Source of the DNA: Oopsacas minuta
Lineage: Eukaryota; Animalia; Porifera
NCBI GenBank assembly: GCA_024704765.1
Contig: JAKMXF010000340.1
Coordinates: 62,001 to 126,000, forward strand
Length of the DNA stretch: 64,000 bases
Direction: 5' to 3'
In this document: piece by piece, positions 46,015 through 57,698 of the stretch
Layout of the letters: each line of letters opens with the position of its first letter
Position numbering within the stretch: position 1 is the stretch's first letter
The notes under the pieces: generated by a model
The model's database searches: none
What the model saw: the letters and a program-made list of their open reading frames with translations, nothing else
Told to the model about the DNA's origin: nothing
Translations under genes and position numbers: made by a program

Positions 46015-49000
46015 ATGAATCGTCTAAGCTTCGCTGATGGATTTCTATACGGACTTGAAGATGACGTAATCAAGCGTGATAAAATCGAATTCTACAAGCG
46101 TAAAATGTTGAAGATTTCTAATGTTACTGGAGCTATATTGACCATATCAAATAGGGAATTATTACAAGTGAGTTTGTAATTAAAGTAATTTTCAATTATC
46201 TAAACTTACCTGTTAGTTACGTATAATATTTTTGAAATTTTAATTGAATTAAAATACACATTACAAGAGAAACATTTTGAAATTCATTGCTATGTTCTAT
46301 GTTTGTATTTGTTTAATATTTTTGAATATTAAACAAAGCTAACACCTCGAAAAGTTCAATTACGTATATTTGGAATTTAATTTTGATATATTTCCTATTT
46401 TTCAGAAATTAGAAGCTATACTCCCAAACACCAAAATAGAATCTATTGAAATCAATGGCAATATAGGTTAGTAACCATTTCATCAAATTTCTATTCGATT
46501 TCCTTATTTTTCGCGATAATATTAATACCATAGGTTATATCTCCTTCAAAGAACCTCACCAGACTCATAGAATTATCAAATCATTCTCTACAATAACTAT
46601 TGGTATGTTATATAATATAGAATGCACTGATAATATACATACCTGGAATTACTGTATAACTGATCACGGATGGAGTTTCCCTGCAGTATTCGGTTAAAAC
46701 AATGTATAGTTTCAATCTTCCTTACTGAACAATTTTCTGTATTTTTACCTACAACATCCTGCAGACACTGAGACATACAGCATCTCTTATATGACACCAG
46801 ACGCAATGCTTTTCTTCGGTAATCTACCTACTACATACCAGACGCGGGAACTAGCTAAACTAGCTGCTACATACGGTGTAATTAACAGGTGTTTAGTAAT
46901 ACATAGTAAGATGACTAAGAAGAGTAAAGGTTATGGATTTGTAGAATATTCTAATAGAAATCATGCAATGCAGGTGAGTCAATACTTTGTCTATAGATGC
47001 TTATAGTTTGAGATATTCGTTGTTGATTTTGCGAAAATTTCTGCGGGCTTAATATTTCGGTTAGTCAGTGACCAACCAGATGGGGAAATAGCGGGATAAA
47101 TGTTTCTTGGTCGAACGTAGCATATACCAATTGTACAAATACACTTTTTGTCACGTTTAAAGTACTTTGAAAATCGAGCATTGTTTGCAACTAAGTCACG
47201 TAATTCGAATATAGTTTTTCGCCATACAATTTCTAATGCAAATATTTTGGTTAAAATTTTATATACTTTTCATATCGTAAACTGGGGCTACTTTGGCCCA
47301 CTGGGTTTGCTTTAGCCCAGTGGGCCAAAGTAGCCCCAGACTACGGTAATCATTTCATCCCAAATACATTTTCTGAAAATTGTAAAATTTCGAGAACATT
47401 TTTGTCCAATTTGTTTAGGCAAAGCTTCATTTGGGAGCCAAATACCTTGAGGGACGTAGTCTCCGTGTTGATTGGTCTGATGAAAGAATGCGAGAATATG
47501 AAGATACTCATGCAACTACTCTATTCGTTGATAAACTACCTAGACACTTCCTACAGGATACTATTCTATCTGCAATGTTCCAGAAACATGGAAAAGTTAT
47601 TTTTTGTCAGGTGAGGAGATCAGTATACAAATTTATACAAACAAACAAATAAACAATTTCATTCACAGATAGCTACAAGCTCCAGTACTGGTATATCCCG
47701 TGGTTTCGCATTCGTAGACATGGCTAATGCGATAGATGCAGAGAATGCACTATATGCTTGTAACAATGCAATAATTGATGGTACGCAAGTTAGAGTATCT
47801 TATGCTATGCCAGGGAGACCTGGTGCTTCTATTCTACATCCAAAGGTTGTTACGTACGTATACTCACAATTTTCATGTTATATACCTAGTAGAGTCAATG
47901 CCGGTTATAAGAACATTGTAAGGAGCTGGACATAATGTTCTTATATCCGGCATCTACTGTACTTAAAATGTACTTATTTCCATAAACAAAATCCCAGTTT
48001 TCTATATACATATACACAATATTTATTTACAGAGGACAGACAGCGTTGGAAATCTACTCACATCATTCGGGATGACACAACTACCATTGCTTAACTTTGC
48101 TCAGTTGTTGGCAGCGCATGGAGCTCCGCTAATGCCCGCCCAGTTAACCGCACTTATGTCAGCACTACAGAATTATAATGAAACTAATCCGAGAATGAGT
48201 GGTACTACTGTTGAACAAGTATGTTTTTTATTCTTAGTGCAGCTCCTATAGGTAATGACATGGACGATGTGCGACGTCCCAGCGGCCGTGCGAAATCTAG
48301 CAGTTCGATTTACATGAAAATTGATAGCATACATACATTTTTGGTTGGAAATTTGCTCTGGGGTTGGAATTTTGTGAATTTTCACATCTTTTGAATGTAA
48401 CTTCCATTATTCAATTGACAATAATTCTAGGGACAACACTGCCTTGTACCAGGTCAAGAAAGCAGCTCACCAAATGCCTTACATTCTATGGGATACCATG
48501 ACAAAGACACCAATACTGATACCAATAACATCCCTCAATCTTACAGGAGTACAGAAGAATCAAATGAATATTACACATCTGAAACTGAATACCCTATTGT
48601 GTATCAGAATGATGTTAAATACTATTCTACTGCAGATGTACAGGTCAACTCCCGCTACATAGAACCCGGATATTTCGAAATACCCGCTTATATCGAAGGA
48701 TGAAATTGTTCAAATATGGTCCCAAACCGTCAAAGTGACATTCATTTCATCGTTTAAATACAACTCCGCTTATATTGAAGTAACTATCGCAGTCCCTTGA
48801 GCTTTGATATAAACTATGCCACAAAGATATTCCAAAATGCTACCCCTTTTTTGGAGGTTCATTTCTATTGCAGTAGGAATTCGCTCTATGTATTTTTCAC
48901 TGAGTTTCCAGAAATTCCCCGTTTCCACAAGCTTTTTTGTGGAGGTTTAACTATATTTATTTTAGGAATATCAATATCAGAACTGTGAAGACAACAATGT

Positions 49001-49444
49001 ACCAAGATCTGAAGAGGATACACAGAACTACCAAAGTTCTGACTGTAATGAATGGTCATCTCAGCTATATCCAACAGCTAGCTATTATGATAATAATTGC
49101 TACACTCATGAGCATGAGAATAAGAAGTATTATGCATACTCTAATGATGATTATTCATATGAATCTAAACTAGCAGTGGATAGTGCGATTCATGTGAGTT
49201 TAAGCAACAAATAAACAGACAGACAAGTAAACAAACAAACAAACAAAATTTTTGTAGAATTACTTATATATTTATAAAATAGGAATCCCTGAACTCCAAA
49301 TTGCAGTTACTCCTAAAACAGCCTACAAGGAAACACTCAACTACTGACTCAAATGCAGTTTCAGTTTGGGGACAACATGACCAAGGCATAATCACTCAAG
49401 ATATTCTCAAACGTATTGCAACAGGCAACCCAATCCAGGAATAA
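46015..49444 (+). CDS. RAVER1: RAVER1/2-type three-RRM ribonucleoprotein, 10 exons
   Basis: Exons: 46015-46167, 46406-46466, 46534-46602, 46765-46973, 47419-47610, 47669-47845, 48033-48218, 48431-48643, 48966-49193, 49283-49444. Motifs: YKRKMLKISN, PDAMLFFGNLP, SKGYGFVEY, LRVDWSD, LFVDKLP, IFCQ, VRVSYAMPGRPG, and C-terminal GQHDQG, all matching the RAVER layout. Confidence 0.85.
47282..47339. repeat. Perfect 24-bp inverted repeat with 10-nt spacer in RAVER intron 4
   Basis: CTGGGGCTACTTTGGCCCACTGGG / TTTGCTTTAG / CCCAGTGGGCCAAAGTAGCCCCAG. Confidence 0.9.
48639..48812. mobile_element. MITE family A copy at the RAVER exon 8/intron 8 boundary
   Basis: TACAGGTCAACTCCCG...GAAATACCCGCTTATATCGAAG...AAATATGGTCCCAAACCGTCAAAG...CGCAGTCCCTTGAGCTTTGATATAA. 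Confidence 0.78.
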
Positions 49445-50310
49445 TTTACTCACTTCTTCTTCACTACTTATCACTATCGTAATTGTAACATAACTATACA
49501 ATACTATACAGAATTATACTACAATACTATACAAACTTATGGAATACTATATTTTACCTACTTTTTCTGATGATATGAGTTTTTATCGCATGTTAGTATA
49601 CAGAATTGTATATATTTTATTTGATAGTGTAGAAATGAATTGTATATATATTTTATTCAATTTTAGCTTAGTTACTGTCTAGAAATGTATTTCTATGGCC
49701 TATTGTACTGTATGTTGGTTAAAGATTATCCTATTAAACTGGTAAAATAGTATTTATTCATTACAATCTAAAGTTAATTTGTGGTATTGTTTCAAATGCA
49801 AATGCCTCTTACCTGAGATTTTTGGGTCAATTTGTGTTACCACTTCCTCCAATGACTCTCTTTAAAATGTTATTTGATTATTATAATATGCCCTAAGGTT
49901 GTTGGTTGAATTGAAAAATTTGTAAGAATTTTTCTTCTGAGAAACAGATTTCAATTCATCATAGCGATAAATACGTGGTTTTTCTAAATTTAGCATAATA
50001 ATTGATTATCCAAGAAATTTATGGTATAATTCCCTGCTCTAGAGGTAAATTTCGATGGTGTGAGGCATAATTATCTCTAAAGTATGCTGTTATAGAGGTT
50101 CGTTTCTATCGAAATGAATGAAAGTGTACCAAAATTGCCCGGCTTATAGAGGTTGCACTGTATGTTAAGCAAATCTTGGCTCCTCCTATCCTATATGAGA
50201 TACCATGATAATATTACGGTGACTTTATCCTGGGAATATATTCTAAATTTAGTACAGTAGAAACCGGATATTTTGATCCAGAGAATGTGTTCCATGTTTA
50301 TAGCCTTTCA

Positions 50311-51915
50311 ATGCAACTCTTCACTTTACTCTTCTTAACAATATTATCACGTGCTAATACACAATATATATGTTACAAAGGTTCTAACTGCGAATACCAA
50401 CATCCCACAGAAACACTCTCTTCTACATATCCAAAATGTTGTCAATTAGGCGCCAAATCATATACTACAATTCTTGATGGGCAGGATATTCACAATTGCA
50501 CTCTATGCGATTTTGTATTAAATTTATCTATAATTCCTACGGAGCAATTTTACAGAGCAAATATCCCATACACTCCTTATGGTGGTCAGCTGATTTTGAC
50601 TTTTCCCATTGAAATCAATGCGTTTTATACGGCTATAAGATCTAATACGAAATTACCTAATGACTTTATTACCCCACTAGATTCCCTTATAACTGTATCC
50701 TATAGCGAAGGAACAGGTGAAGCTATAGAATATTCTAGAATAACTCAAGCATCAGGCTCGTTATATGGTGGCCTCATTGACCGTGATCAATACAATTTGC
50801 TTGATATACCATCAGGCAAATTCATACCTGTTGTTCGTACTGAGAGTTATAACGGTACTATAGTCATACAAGCGTCGTATTTGCTTTCTGAAGTACAGAC
50901 AGAAGTTAGCTACGCATTTATCGTTTTGGAATGCTTAGATTGTTTAAATAGCGGCTACCCTAATTCCGAATGTTCACAGTGTATTTGTACTGATGGATTC
51001 ACAGGAAAATTATGCCAAGGCGCATACAATACAAGCATTATGTATTGTAATAATACAACTTGTCTGAATAATGGTGTTTGTAACGGTAGTATTGTATGTG
51101 ATTGTGATCATACAGGGTTTGATGGTGATTTTTGCCAGTTTGATGTTAACGAGTGTTTGCTTGAAACACATAATTGCACTGGCTCAAGCAGTTGTCATAA
51201 TTTATATGGTGATTTCACGTGTATATGTCATGAAGGTTTTACAGGTGTCAACTGTGACATTAACATTGACACCTGCGCTTTAGTATACTGTACACATCAC
51301 TCAACATGTCAAAACGTAGCAGGCGACGCAATATGTGTATGTGATGTAGGTTACACAGGTGTGGATTGCCTTGTCTCATTTTCTGTATGTGATTATTCAG
51401 AATGCTCTGTGAATACGAGTCTTTGTATTGAAAGTGTTCCAGATAGTACGAATTATACTTGTATCTGTAAAAGTGGTTATGAAGGTCGGTTCTGTACGCT
51501 TGATATTGATGAGTGTAAAAACGAGCCTTGTCTAACAGGTGAAACATGTATGAATACTTTCGGTGGGTTTGAGTGTGTTTGTGAGATAGAAAATTGTGAG
51601 ATAATTGACGGTTATGATAGTGGTGGTTTAATTGGTTTGGGAATTGCATTAATTTTGGTTGTTTTAATTTTCGGCTTTGGTTTGATCGGATTTTGGGTGG
51701 CGATTTTAGTATACAAGTATTTGAAAAGAGTTCGATCAAGTGCGAGATATATTATGGTGAGGAAATTTGAGAAAGAAGCGAACACAGCTTGGAGAATTCG
51801 TAAACGCAAAAAGCATATAAACGAGAAACAGAAAAATGATATTGAGATGACTTCGGCAGTTTTTGAAAATTCTTATAGCAAAGATGAGACGGACAATATT
51901 ACGAGCACCTTATGA
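50311..51915 (+). CDS. EGF-repeat type I membrane protein (DNER/DLK-like architecture, no DSL), intronless
   Basis: Signal peptide from ATG 50311; about 7 EGF repeats including cbEGF (DVNEC, DIDEC); TM (LIGLGIALILVVLIFGFGLIGFWVAILVY); basic tail ending STL. Confidence 0.82.
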   Translation: MQLFTLLFLTILSRANTQYICYKGSNCEYQHPTETLSSTYPKCCQLGAKSYTTILDGQDIHNCTLCDFVLNLSIIPTEQFYRANIPYTPYGGQLILTFPIEINAFYTAIRSNTKLPNDFITPLDSLITVSYSEGTGEAIEYSRITQASGSLYGGLIDRDQYNLLDIPSGKFIPVVRTESYNGTIVIQASYLLSEVQTEVSYAFIVLECLDCLNSGYPNSECSQCICTDGFTGKLCQGAYNTSIMYCNNTTCLNNGVCNGSIVCDCDHTGFDGDFCQFDVNECLLETHNCTGSSSCHNLYGDFTCICHEGFTGVNCDINIDTCALVYCTHHSTCQNVAGDAICVCDVGYTGVDCLVSFSVCDYSECSVNTSLCIESVPDSTNYTCICKSGYEGRFCTLDIDECKNEPCLTGETCMNTFGGFECVCEIENCEIIDGYDSGGLIGLGIALILVVLIFGFGLIGFWVAILVYKYLKRVRSSARYIMVRKFEKEANTAWRIRKRKKHINEKQKNDIEMTSAVFENSYSKDETDNITSTL

Positions 51916-52003
51916 TTCAAATTATAATTTGCATAACTTTTCTTATTTTTCGATAAATTCATTTTTTATTCATTAACCTTTTATTTCCCGTTAGATACTA
52001 CTC

Positions 52004-52143
52004 TAGTGGAACCTCGCTAATATGCACACCAACTGACGGCCCAAATATGTTCCCTTCATCCGTAGTTCGTATTAATCGGAGTGATACCAATTGAATAACC
52101 ATTCATCTTATCCGCAGATATTCGTATTGTCGAGGTTCTACTG
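52004..52143. mobile_element. Second pogo/Tigger-like MITE between the EGF-TM gene and MFSD1
   Basis: Inverted ends TAGTGGAACCTCG...CGAGGTTCTACTG; a similar right end (GAGGTTGCACTGTA) lies near 50150-50162. Confidence 0.6.
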
Positions 52144-52295
52144 TGTTTTTCCATATGATATTCTACATATTCCATTCCAACAATTGCACCATATCAAGTT
52201 CTTAAATAATTAACTTCCAATACATTATCATATAATTTGTAAATAGGTATTGAATATATTCTTAACATTTTGTGAATTTACGGCAACTTAGACAA

Positions 52296-53732
52296 ATGAA
52301 ATTTAAAGATATTCGTGACAAACTGTCTTCACTGAAAACTGTGAATAATTATTTCACAGTTTCCGCATTCATATTAATCACCCTTTTAAATTTTGGCCCT
52401 GGCTTTTCCTATGACAACCCAGCTGCCCTCGAGCAAGAAATTCTCCGTACACTTAAAATCAGCAATGCAGAATACGAGATACTTTACATTACAACCTCCT
52501 GGCCGAATGTATTATTCCCAATCATAGGCGGCTACCTTCTAGATCGTGTAATCGGCTATAGACTCGGTACGATCATATACACATCTTGCGTATTATTCGG
52601 GCAAGCACTATTTATACTTGGCTGTGGTTTTAATATGTTCTGGCTGATGTGTGTAGGCAGATTCTTCTTTGGAATTGGTACAGAAAATACAACTGTAGCG
52701 CAATTTACTTACGCGGGGAGATGGTTTAAAGGCGCGCAAATTAGTATTGTATTTGGTGTGATATTCACTTTCACTCGTCTAGGATCTATCTTGGATTTCA
52801 ACGTCACCCAAGCGTTATATTTCGCGATTTTGCACCGTTTTCAGTTGAATAGCAATATATGTCTTAGCCTAGCATACACGCTTGGATTTTGTCTCTGTAC
52901 ATTGTCGTTAATTTTCGCAATAATCCTCGCGGTTGTTGACAAAAAAGCGGAAAAATATGGAACATTTAACGAAAAAATCGATGAAAAAAGGACTTTTCGG
53001 CTTTCGCTGAAGAATTTCGCGTTCCCATTCAATATGTGGTTAATATTCATAATAATCATTTGTGCCTATTTAGTCTTTCCGTTCATAACTTTGGCGCCTG
53101 TTTTCTTCCAAACAAAATACGGATATTCATCTGCACTTTCATCATTCACCGTTAGTATATTCTTCATCACAGTTACCATCGTTTCTTCAATCAATGGCTT
53201 GATTATCGACCGAACTGGCAAGCATTTAATTTGGATACTAATCGCCAATGTTTTAGTGATAGTATCACATTCAATATTTGCGTTCACATTTTTGCCACCT
53301 GTCTTACCCGCGATTATTCTCGGTATTGGTTACTCCCTGGCGACAACTGCGGTATGGGCACTCCCAACATATATTCTCTCTGTCAATCAGCTAGGTACAG
53401 CTTATGGCTGTTCATTATCGGCTTTAAATTTGGGAGAAGGTATTATCTCAGTATTATCCGGTGTAATCGTTGATAATTACGGTTACCTCTCACTCGAAGT
53501 ATTTTTTATATTTTTGAATTTAATTTGGCTATTTTGGAGTATCATATTATTCTGTTCTGATTATGCAAAAGGAGGTGTTTTGAACAAATGGGGTAGGTCA
53601 AGACGTAACAAGAAGGACAAGGAAGAAAAGATTGAATCTCCGATTAGTTTTATTGATGCTCCATTACTTGAAAGTGAAGAACCGAAATTTGCCCAACTTG
53701 AACTTGAAAACTCTGAAACTCAATCAATATGA
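52296..53732 (+). CDS. MFSD1: Lysosomal MFS transporter MFSD1, intronless
   Basis: FSYDNPAALE, SWPNVLFPIIGGYLLDRVIG, GRFFFGIG, WFKG, QLGTAYG; about 12 TMs; acidic dileucine DAPLL in the tail. First ATG at 52296. Confidence 0.92.
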   Translation: MKFKDIRDKLSSLKTVNNYFTVSAFILITLLNFGPGFSYDNPAALEQEILRTLKISNAEYEILYITTSWPNVLFPIIGGYLLDRVIGYRLGTIIYTSCVLFGQALFILGCGFNMFWLMCVGRFFFGIGTENTTVAQFTYAGRWFKGAQISIVFGVIFTFTRLGSILDFNVTQALYFAILHRFQLNSNICLSLAYTLGFCLCTLSLIFAIILAVVDKKAEKYGTFNEKIDEKRTFRLSLKNFAFPFNMWLIFIIIICAYLVFPFITLAPVFFQTKYGYSSALSSFTVSIFFITVTIVSSINGLIIDRTGKHLIWILIANVLVIVSHSIFAFTFLPPVLPAIILGIGYSLATTAVWALPTYILSVNQLGTAYGCSLSALNLGEGIISVLSGVIVDNYGYLSLEVFFIFLNLIWLFWSIILFCSDYAKGGVLNKWGRSRRNKKDKEEKIESPISFIDAPLLESEEPKFAQLELENSETQSI

Positions 53733-54880
53733 TTTAGCATTGATTCATTAGCTCTGCTGATCTAGTATACCTAATTTATTTGTTCTTTATTTCCCTATAT
53801 GGATTTATGCATTTATAATAATTGCTTGAGTTTGTTCTACTTTGATTTGTCGAATTTTTGTTGCAAATGAAATGATCAAAAGTATTATTTTGTGTACGTC
53901 ATTCTTTTTATGTCAATATTTCATATTTTGTAACAGTAAAACTCGCGGTATTCGCTCTAGTTTGTCACATTTAGGAAGCAAGGGAAATCACATGTTATTC
54001 ACTATAAGGGTAATTTTGTACACAACAGTATTAGTTTCAGCAAATCTTCGTAGAATTGTTTATTTAAATTATACTTCGCTTCACTAAAGAATTTCTAATG
54101 AAATATAGAAAGTAACAGGTCGTTGAACTTTTATCAAATAGCAGAACTTACATAAATACATTCTCATATACTTCTCATTACGAATTATAGCAATTATTTA
54201 CAAGATACATACGATATTGTAACCTAAAACTACACTATTCCTCAATGGACGTCAAACATTCCTATATACTTCTATAGAAACCATGTTTCTCCTTGACTGC
54301 ATATTGTAACCAATGGAATGCATGCACCTAAACGCTTAATTATTAGTCAAGTTACGTAAGGCTAGTTGTAATAGACAATACACTGTTGTATTAAAGAAGA
54401 ATGATTTTTTGAGGTTGTCAAATTTAGACATCAAATATAAATAGTTTTCTCTTAGGCATTCTTAAGTAAATCTAAAAAGAATAGTGTGTTTCGCCGATTT
54501 ATTCACATCTATTGAGGTTGTATTTTGTACAGTTGCCAGTTGGTAGCGTATCAAAGCTATTAAAGTGCGAAAATCCGCACACTTATCCGCTCACGGCAAA
54601 CTCTATGTGCAAATTACATGTAAATTCGTTTTGTGTAGGCCAAGGCAACAAGTGTTCTGGCAATTACTGTCTGACAAGTTCCGCTGGCCTTGACTAGCCC
54701 AATATTATTATATAATTCGAATCTTGAAACCTGTATAATCCGCAAGATTTCCAGCTCTAATCCCACAAAAATATGTCCCAACGCCAACGAGTGTCAGTTT
54801 ATGCAAGTTCCACTGTATTTTGTAAAAATTCTGAATTTTCCTATTTCCTTGCTTCCTTCTTTAGATATTTCTCCATCATT

Positions 54881-57698
54881 ATGAGTGGACTAATGAACCC
54901 TGTATATTACAATCCATTACAAACAAACGCATTCAAACACGTCTACGGGGTTCTGATACAAATACAGAGCAATTCAAGTGGTGTTGTAAAGAAAAAAACT
55001 AAATATGAAGAATTTTTCAAAGCTGTCGTGCATGGCTTTGGAAAGAAAGGTAAAATCCACGGAGATTTGATTGAACGTTACAAGCGAGGTTCTCTTTCAT
55101 TCCAAAATTTCATGGAATCCATTTGTGGTATACAAGATCTAAGAATGAGGGAAGTTGGCAAATCTTACACTTTGTGTTGGGATTATTACTACAATTACAT
55201 AGAACCACGGTTATTGGATGTAAATGAGCTCCCGATTATTCGTAAAACACATCTATTCATTTATTGGTTAGTGTTTTGTGCTGTTGATATAGATTGTTCA
55301 TGCGAATTGACTGCAGACAAGATATGTGATTTGTTATCTTTTCTCTGTGAGAATTCGTTTCAGGAGGCAGTACCTACCGTGTACACAAGTTTACGTAGGA
55401 CGAATTATTCATATGATTTCGTCACGTTTATTCAGATTATTTTCGCGAATTGCCTCAAGACATTGAATGATAATATGAAAGGAGAATTAGCTCGTAAACT
55501 TTACGACCGTTTTGTGAAAGGAGTTATTCTGTCTGGTTTCCTAATGCGACAACAAGTCGTAGGACCCTTAAAATCATATATGAAACGTCTTTGTAAATTA
55601 AACCCGAATAAATTAGAAATCTACGAAATTGGTAAGAATAATGAACAGCGAATGAAAGGTGAAATTTTCCTGAACCAACACTCACAAATCGCAATGATTA
55701 TCAAAGATTTTGATCCAATGAAATTCTATTTCCAAGTCACATGCGGACATACCCAAAACATTACGAAATTCTTCGCTGAAGACGAAATAACACGTTTTAA
55801 ATGGATAACCGAAATGAAACGTGTGATAAAATATCATATGGAAGGGAATGTCACGTATCAAGTTGATATAGCTTCAGGACAACCGTCGAATCCTGGGAAT
55901 TTGTTATATCAAGTCCCTGATCCACAAGCATTGCCTGTTTTGAAAGGAAAGGAATTGAACTTTGATACTATTGTAGACGATGAAGAAGCAACTTCAACGG
56001 TAAGAGAGAGTAAAATGATATATGTTAATAATATTGTTTCTGTAGCTAAATTGGGGAATAATTGACTAAATTGATCTCGAATTATATATAGAGTGGATGC
56101 TGGTCTTAGGAACACCCTTGGGAGTAGCAATGTATGTTCATATACAGGAATATATGGGAACCAGTTCCAGAGAATGGTGCTAATATCCGGCATCCCCTAT
56201 ACTCCCAATAATAACTATACGATGGATATGGATGGTTAAAATCGACTGTATCATAAACGCCATAATTAAAATTCTTAGAACGATTACTTTTTCGCGTGAG
56301 AAATACATAAAAAGACTCTTCAATTATTTATATTTTTTTATCAAAATTTTCCTTATATAGTTTGGCGGAGCTTCAGTGTTGTCAGTTAACACCTCTGTAT
56401 CACAACAAGTACGAGCTAGCGTTGTAGACGAAATGATAGAGGAATCTCTGTACAATCAAGTACCATCTAATGTACCAGTACAACCTTCTGATATTGATAC
56501 TGTGGTTAGTGAGGGGAGTGATGGATCTAGTGGTGATTGGAAGAAAGCAGCTGAGACAGGAAATAATTCTCAAAAGGTAAGATACTGAGTAGTGGTTCCC
56601 AACCTTTTCACCGTAACCTCAGGTAGGGAACCCCTGCTATAGCCTAAATTTCTCTGGATGGAAATTGGTAATTATGGGAAGCTGGTCCAAAAATATTGAC
56701 ATGGAATTTGGGGGAAATTTTCAGGAAAATAATTTTTCACTATTTTTATTCTTAATCGCTAATTTCCATAACTTCATTCTCTCCATAGCAACAAATAGTT
56801 GAGGAACAATTCTACCAAAATGTGGACCAAGATGTACCACCCCCTCCAATCCCAGATAAGAAGAAACCAGTAAAGATAGCAGACAAGCGACCAGTAGCCG
56901 CACCCAGACGTAAAACAGAGAAAGCAGTTCCTGCAGCTGCCACACAAGATGTCCCACCTGCAGCTCTACCAAAACCAGAACGTACTGAAAGTACACTCAA
57001 TAAAACTCAAACTATCCCGATGCCACAGCCTATACCGAGACGGAAACCTACTGCAGAGTCTCAATCTGTAACTATAACGGGTAATTAACGTACATTATAT
57101 GACGTCATTTTACTCTCTCTTACCAAATTAAGAATTTCTATGGATTAAATTTTCCGATTCCTTGGTGATAGTATCATGACAGTAGAATTATGTCAGGTTT
57201 TACATAGAACTTTCCTATCCATTGTAAATATAAGCTTGTCAGTTACTAAAGCATTGAAATTTTGTTACAGCTTTTGCTAGTAATATCCATAGTCTTAATA
57301 TTGATTTTCCCTCAGAAAACATTGATCCACCAAAGGAAGCTCCTAAAGAAACACCTGCAGAATTGCCTAAAGAAGTTTCTACGAATTTGCCTAAAGAAAC
57401 TCCGGCAAACACCCAGAAAGAAGCAACTGCCAACCCACCTAAAGACCCACCTGTCACAGCTCCTAAACCTACAATAGAATCTACAATGCCTACATTTGAA
57501 CCACCACCACCTATTACAGACCCTACAGAAAACAAAGCAGAACCTATTAAAGATGAAACCAATACTACTACTAAACCTTCAGAAACTGACCCAAACCTGC
57601 CACCACCAAAACCAGTACATACAAAGCCTGTAGATTCAAATTCAACTGAAAAAGCTGATACTCAAATAGTTAATGATAAACCAACTAAAGTAGTTTAA
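54881..57698 (+). CDS. SWAP70/DEF6-like protein (N-terminal helical region + PH) with Tyr/Pro-rich tail, 4 exons
   Basis: In-frame exons: 54881-55999, 56361-56576, 56789-57080, 57316-57698. YWLVF, LYDRFVKGVILSGFLMR, KRLCKLNPNKLEIY, KGEIFL and KWITEM align by eye with the SWAP70 N-terminal and PH regions. Confidence 0.68.
56590..56636. mobile_element. MITE family C minimal copy in SWAP70-like intron 2
   Basis: TAGTGGTTCCCAACC...GGTAGGGAACCCCTG. Confidence 0.6.

Noticed and set aside
50311-51915. Canonical Delta/Jagged call
   Set aside because: No DSL motif (C...FGHY...GWxG) precedes the EGF repeats.
54773-54880. Upstream ATG extension of the SWAP70-like ORF
   Set aside because: Low-complexity T-rich sequence; ATG 54881 fits the homologous region better, but this is not proven.
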